Virus record (IMG/VR): IMGVR_UViG_3300046382_000018
Location: 1-50,381 of that record
Reading direction: 5' to 3' (one strand)
DNA from: a virus
Lineage: Duplodnaviria > Caudoviricetes
Length of the DNA stretch: 50,381 nucleotides
Shown here: piece after piece, positions 34,423-42,563 of the stretch
Numbering within the stretch: position 1 is the first letter of the stretch
How the letters are laid out: each line of letters opens with the position of its first letter
The notes under the pieces: model-generated
Seen by the model: only the letters and a program-made list of their open reading frames with translations
Databases searched by the model: none
What the model was told of the DNA's origin: nothing
Position numbers and translations under genes: made by a program

Positions 34423-35799
34423 ATGGCAACTGAAGCAGTAAATTTCACAGTTACAAAGGAAGGCGAACAGGCCAAGCTGACCTGGACGGCCTCGGAAACC
34501 ACCAATCTTCTAAATTGGTTGATCGAAAAGAAGGTCGGTGCAGAAGGCACCTGGGTTAAGCTCCCAGAGCTTGAATCCACGAAGACCTCTACCGAAGTCC
34601 CGATTGGCGAAGGTCAGACCGTCTTCCGTGTTTGGGCTGTTGTTAAGCAAAACGCCAAGGAAGCCTCGATCACGGTTTCTCCGCCTGCGAGCGAACTCAA
34701 GCTCGCTCTAACTGCTGATAAAACCGGCGTAGAAGTCGTCTCTAGCCCAGGGCTCGTAGACTTCGCTCTCTGTGCCACCAGTGCCGGTGCCGAACCGCTA
34801 TATGAACCAAAAGGTCTTAAAGTCGGCGGCATTGCCAAGGGTAAGGTGGGCCACGAATGGATCGACGCCCATGTAACGGGTGCCTCTGAATGGTGGTCTA
34901 AAGCTCACGGCCGCATCAAGGTCACAGTAGCTTCCGTAGAACCTCCGCCCCATGAAGAACCACCTCACGAAGAACCACCCAAAACGGGAGTGTTTAAGCG
35001 AGGAATCAACGCTGGCGGATGGAACATCAACGAAGAAGTCTCCGCCATCAAGCAGTGCGCTGGTTCACATGAAGCGGCAGTCAGACTTGAGACGCCCGGT
35101 AATACCTCTACATACTCAAACGCAGGTATCGGCGTTATTTATCTTGAATCGGGGTACAACACTAGCGGCGTAGCAGCGATTAGCATTAGCACTGCTGAAA
35201 ACAACGCTAGGAACACCCTTAAAGCCCACCCGGACATCTGGTGCTACGAGTACCTAAACGAGCCTGGTGGAAGCTGGTTCTTTGGGGGATCCGCCCTATC
35301 AGAATCCAACGCGGCAGCCTATTGTAAACAGCTTAGGGCTGTCAAGAAGGTCATGCAGGAAGTCGGCTCTAAAGCGCTTCTACTCGCCAGCTTCGACGGT
35401 GGACACGACAGCGAAAACACCTGGGGCCATTACATGCTTAAAGCAGACCCAGGGATCGTAAACGTTGTCGATGCTTTCTCCAACCACCCATACGACGGCG
35501 GAGGTGCGAATCCTAATTCGACTCTCGTCCATTGGTCGCTGGTCGAAGAAGGTCACAAACTTACAGGTAAACCATGGATAATCTCCGAGTACGGACGGCC
35601 ATTGACCGAAACTACAGGAGATTCCCCCAAGAGCACCGAAGCTCAGCAGGCAGCCGCCGATGGAGCTATGGTCAAAAAGGCCAGAGAATCTGGTTACTGC
35701 TTGGGCGTCACCATCTATGGGTACCGTGGCGGTAAATACGGAGTCTTTTCCAGCAATGGATCTGCGCTACCTGCCGTCGCTGCTATAGCAAATGCTTAA
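34423..35799 (+). CDS. FN3-like domain plus clan GH-A-like glycoside hydrolase
   Basis: N-terminal LTW...Y/FRV beta sandwich; Pro-rich linker; NEP, HPY and ISEYG motifs. Confidence 0.65.
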   Translation: MATEAVNFTVTKEGEQAKLTWTASETTNLLNWLIEKKVGAEGTWVKLPELESTKTSTEVPIGEGQTVFRVWAVVKQNAKEASITVSPPASELKLALTADKTGVEVVSSPGLVDFALCATSAGAEPLYEPKGLKVGGIAKGKVGHEWIDAHVTGASEWWSKAHGRIKVTVASVEPPPHEEPPHEEPPKTGVFKRGINAGGWNINEEVSAIKQCAGSHEAAVRLETPGNTSTYSNAGIGVIYLESGYNTSGVAAISISTAENNARNTLKAHPDIWCYEYLNEPGGSWFFGGSALSESNAAAYCKQLRAVKKVMQEVGSKALLLASFDGGHDSENTWGHYMLKADPGIVNVVDAFSNHPYDGGGANPNSTLVHWSLVEEGHKLTGKPWIISEYGRPLTETTGDSPKSTEAQQAAADGAMVKKARESGYCLGVTIYGYRGGKYGVFSSNGSALPAVAAIANA

Positions 35800-35874
35800 G
35801 CTCCCGTAGCTCAGTCTGGTTAGAGCAACTGTCTTATTAACAGCGGGTCCGGGGTTCAAATCCTCGCGGGAGTA
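35800..35874 (+). tRNA. tRNA-Ile(TAT)
   Basis: Cloverleaf; loop CT-TAT-TA; A73. Confidence 0.8.
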
Positions 35875-35875
35875 C

Positions 35876-35904
35876 TTGACTTCGCAGGCGTCTCCCGGTA
35901 TACT
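35876..35904 (+). promoter_or_regulatory. Sigma70/SigA-type promoter
   Basis: TTGACT-N17-TATACT, 8 nt before an ATG. Confidence 0.7.
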
Positions 35905-35912
35905 ATCCACCC

Positions 35913-36131
35913 ATGGATCCCTCTGTGGCGTGTCTAGTCAAGAAAAGCTATGACACCCTAGAGGAAGCCATAACGGCGGGTAGCCGCGTGGGATATCAGC
36001 TTCGGCCTTACTTTTGTCCTTGGTGTAGCAAGTACCATTTGACAAAAGCCTCCCCGGATAAGTTTAAGTATAATTTCGAGAAGCGCAAAAGAAGCAAGCG
36101 TGGTAAATCAAACCGAAAGGTAAGAAGATGA
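35913..36131 (+). CDS. Small zinc-binding basic protein (paralog of 23767)
   Basis: C..KKSY....A...YFCPWCSKYHLT. Confidence 0.7.
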   Translation: MDPSVACLVKKSYDTLEEAITAGSRVGYQLRPYFCPWCSKYHLTKASPDKFKYNFEKRKRSKRGKSNRKVRR

Positions 36132-36166
36132 AGTACAAATCGACGGTTAGGAATTCAGCCTAACCA

Positions 36167-36239
36167 GCCTCCGTAGCACAACGGCTAGTGCGTGGGTCTT
36201 TTAAACCTGAAGATGAGGGTTCGAATCCCTCCGGGGGTA
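36167..36239 (+). tRNA. tRNA-Lys(TTT)
   Basis: Cloverleaf; CT-TTT-AA. Confidence 0.85.
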
Positions 36240-36377
36240 CTGTCCAACCATAAGGACAAAATCCTAGACAGCAGTCTAAGGAAAAAGGAAGGATGGTCGC
36301 TTACTATATAAGTATGAGCAAAAGACATATAGATGCGGTCATCAGAGCTTGGATACTTGAGCAAGAAAGACTTAAAC

Positions 36378-36560
36378 ATGAAGACAGTCTCCGTAAAGGA
36401 TCCCGACGCGGTACCAGATGATGTTAAGGACTTCATTCGGAAAAAGTACCCCGTGTTCGCGGATGTTGTAGAGAAGGGCGGCGTAGCCGTAGAGGTAGAG
36501 CCCGGTAAGTGGGGCTATGCCGATCCCGATCTAGTGGAGGAAGTCGAGAAGGGCACATAG
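36378..36560 (+). CDS. Hypothetical protein
   Basis: MKTVSVKDP...; stop codon lies inside the tRNA-Lys 5' end. Confidence 0.5.
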   Translation: MKTVSVKDPDAVPDDVKDFIRKKYPVFADVVEKGGVAVEVEPGKWGYADPDLVEEVEKGT

Positions 36561-36623
36561 CTCAGTTGGCAGAGCAGCAGACTCTTAATCTGAAGGTCCA
36601 GGGTTCGAAGCCCTGTGTGCCCA
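36551..36623 (+). tRNA. tRNA-Lys(CTT)
   Basis: Canonical cloverleaf. Confidence 0.9.
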
Positions 36624-36627
36624 CTAG

Positions 36628-36702
36628 GGATATGTAACAAAAGTTGGCTTTAGAAAGCGGCTCTTAACCGCTGGCACGCAGGTTCGATTCCTGTCATATC
36701 CA
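36628..36702 (+). tRNA. Second tRNA-Lys(CTT) with degenerate D arm
   Basis: Acceptor, anticodon and T arms intact; D stem poorly paired. Confidence 0.6.
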
Positions 36703-36708
36703 TTTTAT

Positions 36709-36782
36709 GCTCCGTGGGTCTTATGGCAAGGATTCCGGCTTCTCAGGCCGCGAGATGATGGGTTCGAATCCCATACGGAGTG
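36709..36782 (+). tRNA. Second tRNA-Glu(CTC)
   Basis: Cloverleaf; TT-CTC-AG. Confidence 0.7.
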
Positions 36783-36903
36783 CTACGGTGTGTTGCAGGA
36801 TCGTTCCCTGCTCCCGACTCGAAAGGGACGGGGTATGCCAATTGGGAGAGCAGCCGTATTGAATTTCCCCTCTGCCATCGGTAAACTATGAGGAGGTGAT
36901 GAT

Positions 36904-37563
36904 ATGAGCAGAGCTAAGATGTATGTTGACCCGACTGGAGTCGAGCATTGGTTCGATTACAAGTCGCCTGCTGATGTCAAGCACCTCGAACTGCTTGCCG
37001 ATGTCACTCGGATTGATCTCGATGACATTTTAGAAGAGAACCTTTCTCAGCGACAGGTTCTCTACAGGCTGCACCAGTTTGACAATCTCATCCCTGAGAA
37101 TGTTTTGGTGGAGCGCCGTGAGCGTCGAGAGCAGGCTCGGCAGGACCCAGCCTGTCGGATCTGTAGTCAGCACGGTTGGGAGTGCGATGGGCGAATTACC
37201 CGTCACCACTTCGTGCCTAAATGGCTCATGCGCGAACTAGCGCATTACAACCGATACGCTGCCCGCTCAAAGTGTACGATCCCCGTGTGTGTAGGACGGC
37301 ACCAGGATCTTCACTACAGAGGTATTGGTGATAAATCAATTGCCGATTACCTTACGGACGAAGAGCGAGCGCTAACTGAGGCAATGCTCAAGGAGCTTAA
37401 GGAAGAGCGACCTGTGATCTTTGACCTTATGGCTTCCGGTACGACGGACAGCTACGAGTACTCGCTGATTCGCGACTTCCAACTCGGCAAGTTCCGCGAG
37501 GATGTGGTATCCTCGGAAGAGCCTGCACGTCAGGTTCTTACCGTAGGCCAGGCGGGAGCCTAA
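36904..37563 (+). CDS. HNH-like zinc-binding protein
   Basis: CRIC...TRHHFVP...PVC..RH..LH; GAGGAGG RBS. Confidence 0.6.
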   Translation: MSRAKMYVDPTGVEHWFDYKSPADVKHLELLADVTRIDLDDILEENLSQRQVLYRLHQFDNLIPENVLVERRERREQARQDPACRICSQHGWECDGRITRHHFVPKWLMRELAHYNRYAARSKCTIPVCVGRHQDLHYRGIGDKSIADYLTDEERALTEAMLKELKEERPVIFDLMASGTTDSYEYSLIRDFQLGKFREDVVSSEEPARQVLTVGQAGA

Positions 37564-37582
37564 CCCCAATCCCGCCAACTAG

Positions 37583-37655
37583 GCCCACGGGGTAAGCCGG
37601 ATAATACGCCTCCCTGCGAAGGAGGAGATAGCTGGTTCGATTCCAGCCGTGGGTA
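37583..37655 (+). tRNA. tRNA-Arg(GCG)
   Basis: Cloverleaf; CT-GCG-AA. Confidence 0.8.
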
Positions 37656-37685
37656 CTTCATCGGGAGTCTTCGGACTCCCGGCCA

Positions 37686-37754
37686 GCCCTGTCCTCCGGA
37701 CGAGGACCCAGGACTTCGAATCCAGGCAGATGCGTTCGACTCGCATACGGGGCA
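37686..37754 (+). tRNA. Compact tRNA-Arg(TCG)
   Basis: 69 nt; CT-TCG-AA; minimal D arm. Confidence 0.6.
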
Positions 37755-37755
37755 T

Positions 37756-37977
37756 ATGGGTAAACATAATCACCTATATCGACAGGTTGGACTAAGGAGC
37801 GGAAACGTGTCACTCGTAGCCAACGTAGAAGATCGAAAGGATTTGAGGGTGGGGAAGGTCATCACCCTGAAGGATGATCCTGACGGCAATCCAAATCGAG
37901 AGTGGGGGATAGAGTGGGTTTCCCCGCAGATACGAGAGCGCTATGAACTTGAGCGCTCTTGGGACAACAACATTTAG
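37756..37977 (+). CDS. Hypothetical protein
   Basis: 73-aa ORF starting just after a tRNA. Confidence 0.6.
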   Translation: MGKHNHLYRQVGLRSGNVSLVANVEDRKDLRVGKVITLKDDPDGNPNREWGIEWVSPQIRERYELERSWDNNI

Positions 37978-38003
37978 TAGCACCGGGCCAAGGATGGCCC
38001 CAC

Positions 38004-38075
38004 GCGGGATTCGTATATCGGCTATTACGACTGGTTGCCAATCAGTAAAGGAGGGTTCGATTCCCTCATTCCGCT
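38004..38075 (+). tRNA. tRNA-Gly(GCC)
   Basis: Cloverleaf; U73. Confidence 0.85.
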
Positions 38076-38445
38076 TGCAGAGACGGTCGCTGGGGTCCGA
38101 TCCCCCAGAGGATGAAGTTCGAGACATGCTGGCGGGGGAAACCCTGTCATTGGCTTAATCACACCAAGTGACACCGGCCCAGAGCGGAGGTACGTCCTCG
38201 CTGGTTACCGGCGCATGCAACCTCAAGCAGCGAAACCTAAGGGCTTTTGCCTAAGGTCATAGCGGGTTGGGGGCACTTCCCGGTTAAATGGGAAGCAGCG
38301 AGAATCGTGTGGGGGCTCCGGGTTACGTGAAAGACGGCCAAAGAGCCTGGGATCCTGAGAGGAAAGCATATTCTCGGGGGAAGTGAAATCGGCACGCTCG
38401 CTGAGATAGATGATCGTCTGAAAACCAGAATCTCGGCTATCTGCA
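38076..38445 (+). ncRNA. rnpB: RNase P RNA (catalytic subunit), divergent
   Basis: P1 TGCAG/CTGCA; P2 AGACGGTC/GATCGTCT; P3 CTGGGG/CCCCAG; P4 GAAG(T)TCGAGA with CAGAA-TCTCGGC; AGATAGATGA J18/2-like element. Confidence 0.8.
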
Positions 38446-38448
38446 TAC

Positions 38449-38522
38449 GCCGACCTAGCTCAACTGGCTAGAGCACCTGTCTTGTAAACAGGAGGTTAGG
38501 GGTTCGACTCCCCTGGTCGGCT
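38449..38522 (+). tRNA. tRNA-Thr(TGT)
   Basis: Canonical cloverleaf. Confidence 0.92.
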
Positions 38523-38557
38523 TTTATTTAGCTAAACATTCCATCACTTAATGAGTG

Positions 38558-39013
38558 ATGACAGCACCGCACCAACAAGAAGTCGTAATTCGTTTCATCG
38601 AGCGTTGGCCCGCTCACGAACCTCGTGAGAAGGATCCGCATTACAAGCTCTTTCATCAGGCCAAAGCCCGTCTAAAGCGACAGGGCCTTTTGGTCTGCCA
38701 GGTCGAGTCCGATTACCACTACGGGCAGATCGAGCTTCATCACTCAAAGGTGGAGTTCGCGCACGCCAACGACATCGACCTCGAAAAGTTTAATCACGCA
38801 TACGGCCTTCATCTAAGCGATGAGGAGTTCCAGGAATACATCGAGCAGGAGGGTAACCTGGAGCCGCTATGCACGCTTCATCATAGGGGCCAGGAGGGTG
38901 TTCATTCGCTCCCCGAACCGGAGTGGAATGCACTACGTACCTCCAAGGACCCCAAACACATGATTGAAGCTATCTCGAATAACGAGATTCCTGTTCAAAA
39001 GCCTAAAAACTAG
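38558..39013 (+). CDS. HNH-like hypothetical protein
   Basis: IELHH...NLEPLCTLHH...GVH. Confidence 0.6.
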   Translation: MTAPHQQEVVIRFIERWPAHEPREKDPHYKLFHQAKARLKRQGLLVCQVESDYHYGQIELHHSKVEFAHANDIDLEKFNHAYGLHLSDEEFQEYIEQEGNLEPLCTLHHRGQEGVHSLPEPEWNALRTSKDPKHMIEAISNNEIPVQKPKN

Positions 39014-39083
39014 CGGGCATAGCTCAACGGTAGAGCCCTTGCCTTCCAAGCAAGTTATGAGGGTCCGATTCCCTCTGTCCGCT
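39013..39083 (+). tRNA. tRNA-Gly(TCC)
   Basis: Cloverleaf; CT-TCC-AA. Confidence 0.85.
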
Positions 39084-39143
39084 CTCAACAACAAAAGGAG
39101 GTTTCTTCATGCATAGGTTATGAACCTATACAGGAGGAACTAA

Positions 39144-39548
39144 ATGTCTCGCAAGAGAAAATCCAAGCGCGAGAACAAGCGCCTGGACAGCAAGAAAGCA
39201 CGAGCAGCCGAGAAGGCCGCTCTAGAGGGTGGTCACGCCAAGGTAGTCCGTAGCGAGAAGTGGACCGTTAAGGATGATCGGCAGCCCCCTCTCATGGACG
39301 ACGCCCCTTCGGGTAAACCCCAAAGGAAAAAGAAGTCCAAGAAGGAGATCAAGTACTGCCTCGCTCGCCAGCATTTGGGCGAAGGAAAGAAGCGACACTA
39401 CTTCATCGAGAGAGAAATTGAAATTACTCCCTACGAATGGGAGGTAGATCCCCAGCCCCGCTTTTCCTTGGAAAAGCGCTGCATGTATTGTGACGTTCGC
39501 CGCGTTAGAGGCGGATGGGGTAGATGGCGTTGGGGTCGTTTGGTGTAA
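39144..39548 (+). CDS. Basic hypothetical protein (C..H..CxxC)
   Basis: 134 aa; AGGAGG RBS. Confidence 0.65.
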   Translation: MSRKRKSKRENKRLDSKKARAAEKAALEGGHAKVVRSEKWTVKDDRQPPLMDDAPSGKPQRKKKSKKEIKYCLARQHLGEGKKRHYFIEREIEITPYEWEVDPQPRFSLEKRCMYCDVRRVRGGWGRWRWGRLV

Positions 39549-39737
39549 TCGGCGGGTAGAGGAGTCGAATCCTCTACCTGTCTTAGCCTTATTCCCTACT
39601 CAACCCAGGGAAATTGGCACGGGGGCGTCCCGCATTGGGTTGATGCCGGTAGGCCTTAAACGGTGTCGGCGGTTGATGCCCCCAATTATTCTGTTATCCT
39701 AGTTCAAAACCCAAAACAAGGAAGGACCCATAACCCA

Positions 39738-40472
39738 ATGGGACGAAGAAAGAAGAAGCCGGGGCGTACCCTGGCGGTAGTAATTCAAGACAGGTCCGGA
39801 TCTATGAAAGGCCGGATTGCAGCCACCATTAGTGGCTTTAACGAGTACGTGCAAACACTGCGCGATGACCCTGAGCGCGGAGAGATCTTGCTTAGTCTTA
39901 CTCAGTTCGATAATCGCGTTAATAGCGTCTACACGGGAGTGCCCCTTGCGGAGGTCCCTGAGCTAGACACTACTAGCTACGTTATTGGCGGCATGACGGC
40001 ACTCTATGATGCCGTTGGGCGCACTGTGCGCAAGGTGGAGAAGATCGCCAAATCTGGCGACAAAGTGCTCGTAATCGTCATGACTGACGGCGGTGAGAAC
40101 TCCTCCAAGGAGTACACCCAGCAGGCGATCCTAGATATGTTCCGCCAGAAGCGCGAGCAAGGCTGGGAGTTCGTCTTCCTAGGTGCTGGTGAAGAGTCGT
40201 GGAGCGCAGGCATGAGCCTTGGCTTTGACCATGCACATACGGTCTTCTACGGCAACTCAGAACATGCTCACGAAAGAACCTATGCCAGTCTAGGTGCTTT
40301 AACCTCAGATCTGTCGCGTAGTGTTCCTGTGGCCGCCTCGGTTAGCTTCCAGAACACCAAAGCGGGCATGGAAGATGAATCGGGGGCATCAAAGCTCTGG
40401 AGTCCAGAAAACGAACCGCCTACCGAAGCCAAGGTCCCCAAGATCAAGACTGGCGGTAAGGAAAAGACTTAG
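39738..40472 (+). CDS. vWA domain protein
   Basis: DRSGSM, TALYDA, MTDGGENSS, WEFVFLGA; probable ATG at 39738. Confidence 0.85.
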   Translation: MGRRKKKPGRTLAVVIQDRSGSMKGRIAATISGFNEYVQTLRDDPERGEILLSLTQFDNRVNSVYTGVPLAEVPELDTTSYVIGGMTALYDAVGRTVRKVEKIAKSGDKVLVIVMTDGGENSSKEYTQQAILDMFRQKREQGWEFVFLGAGEESWSAGMSLGFDHAHTVFYGNSEHAHERTYASLGALTSDLSRSVPVAASVSFQNTKAGMEDESGASKLWSPENEPPTEAKVPKIKTGGKEKT

Positions 40473-40664
40473 ATGTACGTTGAACTTCCTCACCATCATC
40501 ACCATCATCACTGCCACGGGCACTGCCGGTGTCATAACGTGTGCTCCTGTGGATGGTGCTATAGCTGTCATCGGTATGTTTTCTGGGGTAACCGAGAACC
40601 TTACTGGACCAGCGGTACAACTCTAGGCGGTATGGCTCCGCGTTTAAACACCTGTAGTCATTAG
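40473..40664 (+). CDS. His/Cys-rich small protein
   Basis: H7 followed by CHGHCRCHNVCSCGWCYSCH; abuts the vWA stop codon. Confidence 0.55.
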   Translation: MYVELPHHHHHHHCHGHCRCHNVCSCGWCYSCHRYVFWGNREPYWTSGTTLGGMAPRLNTCSH

Positions 40665-40717
40665 TTGGGTGGCCCACCAGCCCTCGAATCCGCGCAAGCG
40701 GGCGAATGGTGGGATTA

Positions 40718-40793
40718 GGCTCTATGGGCAAGTTAGGTCATGTCGCCTCCTTCATACGGAGTGAGATCGCTGGTTCGAATCCAGCTAGAGCCA
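40718..40793 (+). tRNA. tRNA with CAT anticodon (elongator Met or Ile2)
   Basis: Cloverleaf; TT-CAT-AC. Confidence 0.8.
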
Positions 40794-40847
40794 CTTAGTT
40801 AAATTCTAATTCCGGGCGCGACTTTTTCTCTTAGCACTACCTTGCCG

Positions 40848-40856
40848 TAATAGGTG
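40848..40856 (+). promoter_or_regulatory. Putative phage late-promoter element TAATAGGTG
   Basis: Recurs at 42976 and 10431(-); variants at 34414, 38549 and 48377. Confidence 0.5.
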
Positions 40857-40858
40857 CT

Positions 40859-41521
40859 ATGAGTTCTCTTTCCAAAGTCAAGAATATCCTCACGGGCGAG
40901 GAACCTTTGGGTGCCTCTCGTCTCGCCAAGAGCCTCCCGGTTGAGAAGAACCCTCCGGTTATCCACCCCAATAATCAGCAGGCATTAGCTGCTGAACCCG
41001 AAAAGGCCCCCCACGCCGACTTCTGGAGCCCCCTCGGGTTCAACAACGCTAAACAGCGTGGCGCCATCCGTGGCAAGGCCTTTGCCGCCGCCTATACGGG
41101 CTACCTACACCGAGGTCATATGACCTACACAGAGGGGCCATCGCGATGGTCCGGTATAGCTGGCCATCATCGCGCCTATCGACACGAATACCCCCCTTTT
41201 GCGGATTGTTCAGCCTTCGTGACTTGGTGTCTTTGGGATGCCACTCGTGCCGAGAGGACTTGGGACTTTGTTAATGGGGCTAATTGGTCTGGTGGCTACA
41301 CGGGTACGATGACCCAGCATGGCATTGATGTCTCGTGGGGAAGCCTCCTTATGGCCGATGCCGTCTTCTATGGCGGATCCTGGTCTGTGCCAGCCCATGT
41401 CGCTATTTACATCGGCCACGGCAGAGTGATCAGCCATGGCATGCAGGGCGATCCCCGAGTTTACCCTGTTAACCTATACGGAGCACTTCCAATCCGTCGA
41501 TTCAAGAGGTACATTAGATAA
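40859..41521 (+). CDS. NlpC/P60 peptidoglycan peptidase (endolysin)
   Basis: Y..G, DCSAFV and HVAIYIG.G..I.H catalytic motifs. Confidence 0.85.
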   Translation: MSSLSKVKNILTGEEPLGASRLAKSLPVEKNPPVIHPNNQQALAAEPEKAPHADFWSPLGFNNAKQRGAIRGKAFAAAYTGYLHRGHMTYTEGPSRWSGIAGHHRAYRHEYPPFADCSAFVTWCLWDATRAERTWDFVNGANWSGGYTGTMTQHGIDVSWGSLLMADAVFYGGSWSVPAHVAIYIGHGRVISHGMQGDPRVYPVNLYGALPIRRFKRYIR

Positions 41522-42135
41522 TGCCAGCTAACGAACCAACCACAACTGAAGTCGGCCACTCTCTGGCCGTTTTTGGAAACTATCGAGTCCTTCGATCTCA
41601 GCAGCTATGTGAGGCGAACGAAAACTTTCCTCATCCCAGCACTGCGATGGCGCTTGGACTGCGCGAGACCGGCCTAGCCAACATCGATGGTGGCGCTGTT
41701 ATGGAAAATGGCGTATGGGTAAGAACCTTTACAGATCGAGGCTGTTTTCAGATTGCCGAATCAGAGGCTCGTGACTGGCTCAAATCGGTTCCTGGTTGTC
41801 CCGAAGGGCAGTGGGGTCCGAAGGCGGGGCATAATGCCCTAGAGCCTCACTACTGCCCTCGTTTCACCGATGCGCTTGAATACACCATCAGGGAGTTCAA
41901 TGGGCATCGTAGGCAAGCCGAGGAAAACTTTGTGGCCAGCAAGGATCTTGAACGCTTCTGCGTAGCTGCCCATAACGCTGGATTCACTGGCGCCCTAAAT
42001 GGTTATCGCGAAGGCAATGTAGATAAAAACACCGCCCTAGGTGACTACAGTGCCTGGGTCCTCAAGTATGCCAAGGTAATTCACAACTGGGTGGTAGCTC
42101 ATCCCCACTGGGTATACGACGGTCAACCTCTGTAG
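41521..42135 (+). CDS. Lysozyme-like/lytic transglycosylase
   Basis: RET, DRGCFQI and AAHNAG motifs. Confidence 0.7.
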   Translation: MPANEPTTTEVGHSLAVFGNYRVLRSQQLCEANENFPHPSTAMALGLRETGLANIDGGAVMENGVWVRTFTDRGCFQIAESEARDWLKSVPGCPEGQWGPKAGHNALEPHYCPRFTDALEYTIREFNGHRRQAEENFVASKDLERFCVAAHNAGFTGALNGYREGNVDKNTALGDYSAWVLKYAKVIHNWVVAHPHWVYDGQPL

Positions 42136-42155
42136 GTTAATTATGGAGAGCGACC

Positions 42156-42539
42156 GTGACGCATCTAGCATTCTTTCTCACCCACTGGTTTCACTATAAC
42201 TACTACGAACCGGGCCACCCTTTCTATGAAAAGGCGGTTTGGGGGAACGTTTTTGTAGTTTTTATTTTGGCACCTCTTGGGTGGGTCTGGGCAAAGACGA
42301 AGTTCTGGCCCCTAAGACCCCTAAGGGAGGGCGTAAGGGGACTCCATAAGAAGCTCGACGCTCACCACCAGGCCGTGCTCCAACACCACAAGGCCGTCAT
42401 GGAGCATCAGGAACATCAGACGCGCCTCATGGAGGAGGTTCATTATCTCGCCCATACCGGAAAATCTCATCCCCGCGTGGACAACCGAATAAAAGCCAAG
42501 AAGCCCATTACTCCAATCAAGTCGCCTCCCGTTAAGTAA
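42156..42539 (+). CDS. Membrane protein (lysis-associated)
   Basis: One hydrophobic segment within the lysis cassette. Confidence 0.55.
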   Translation: MTHLAFFLTHWFHYNYYEPGHPFYEKAVWGNVFVVFILAPLGWVWAKTKFWPLRPLREGVRGLHKKLDAHHQAVLQHHKAVMEHQEHQTRLMEEVHYLAHTGKSHPRVDNRIKAKKPITPIKSPPVK

Positions 42540-42563
42540 GAAGTGATAACCACCGGAGGTAAA

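Noticed and set aside
39600-39683. HDV-like (theta) ribozyme
   Set aside because: The pseudoknot lacks P3/L3 and the catalytic C in J4/2, and does not abut a tRNA 3' end
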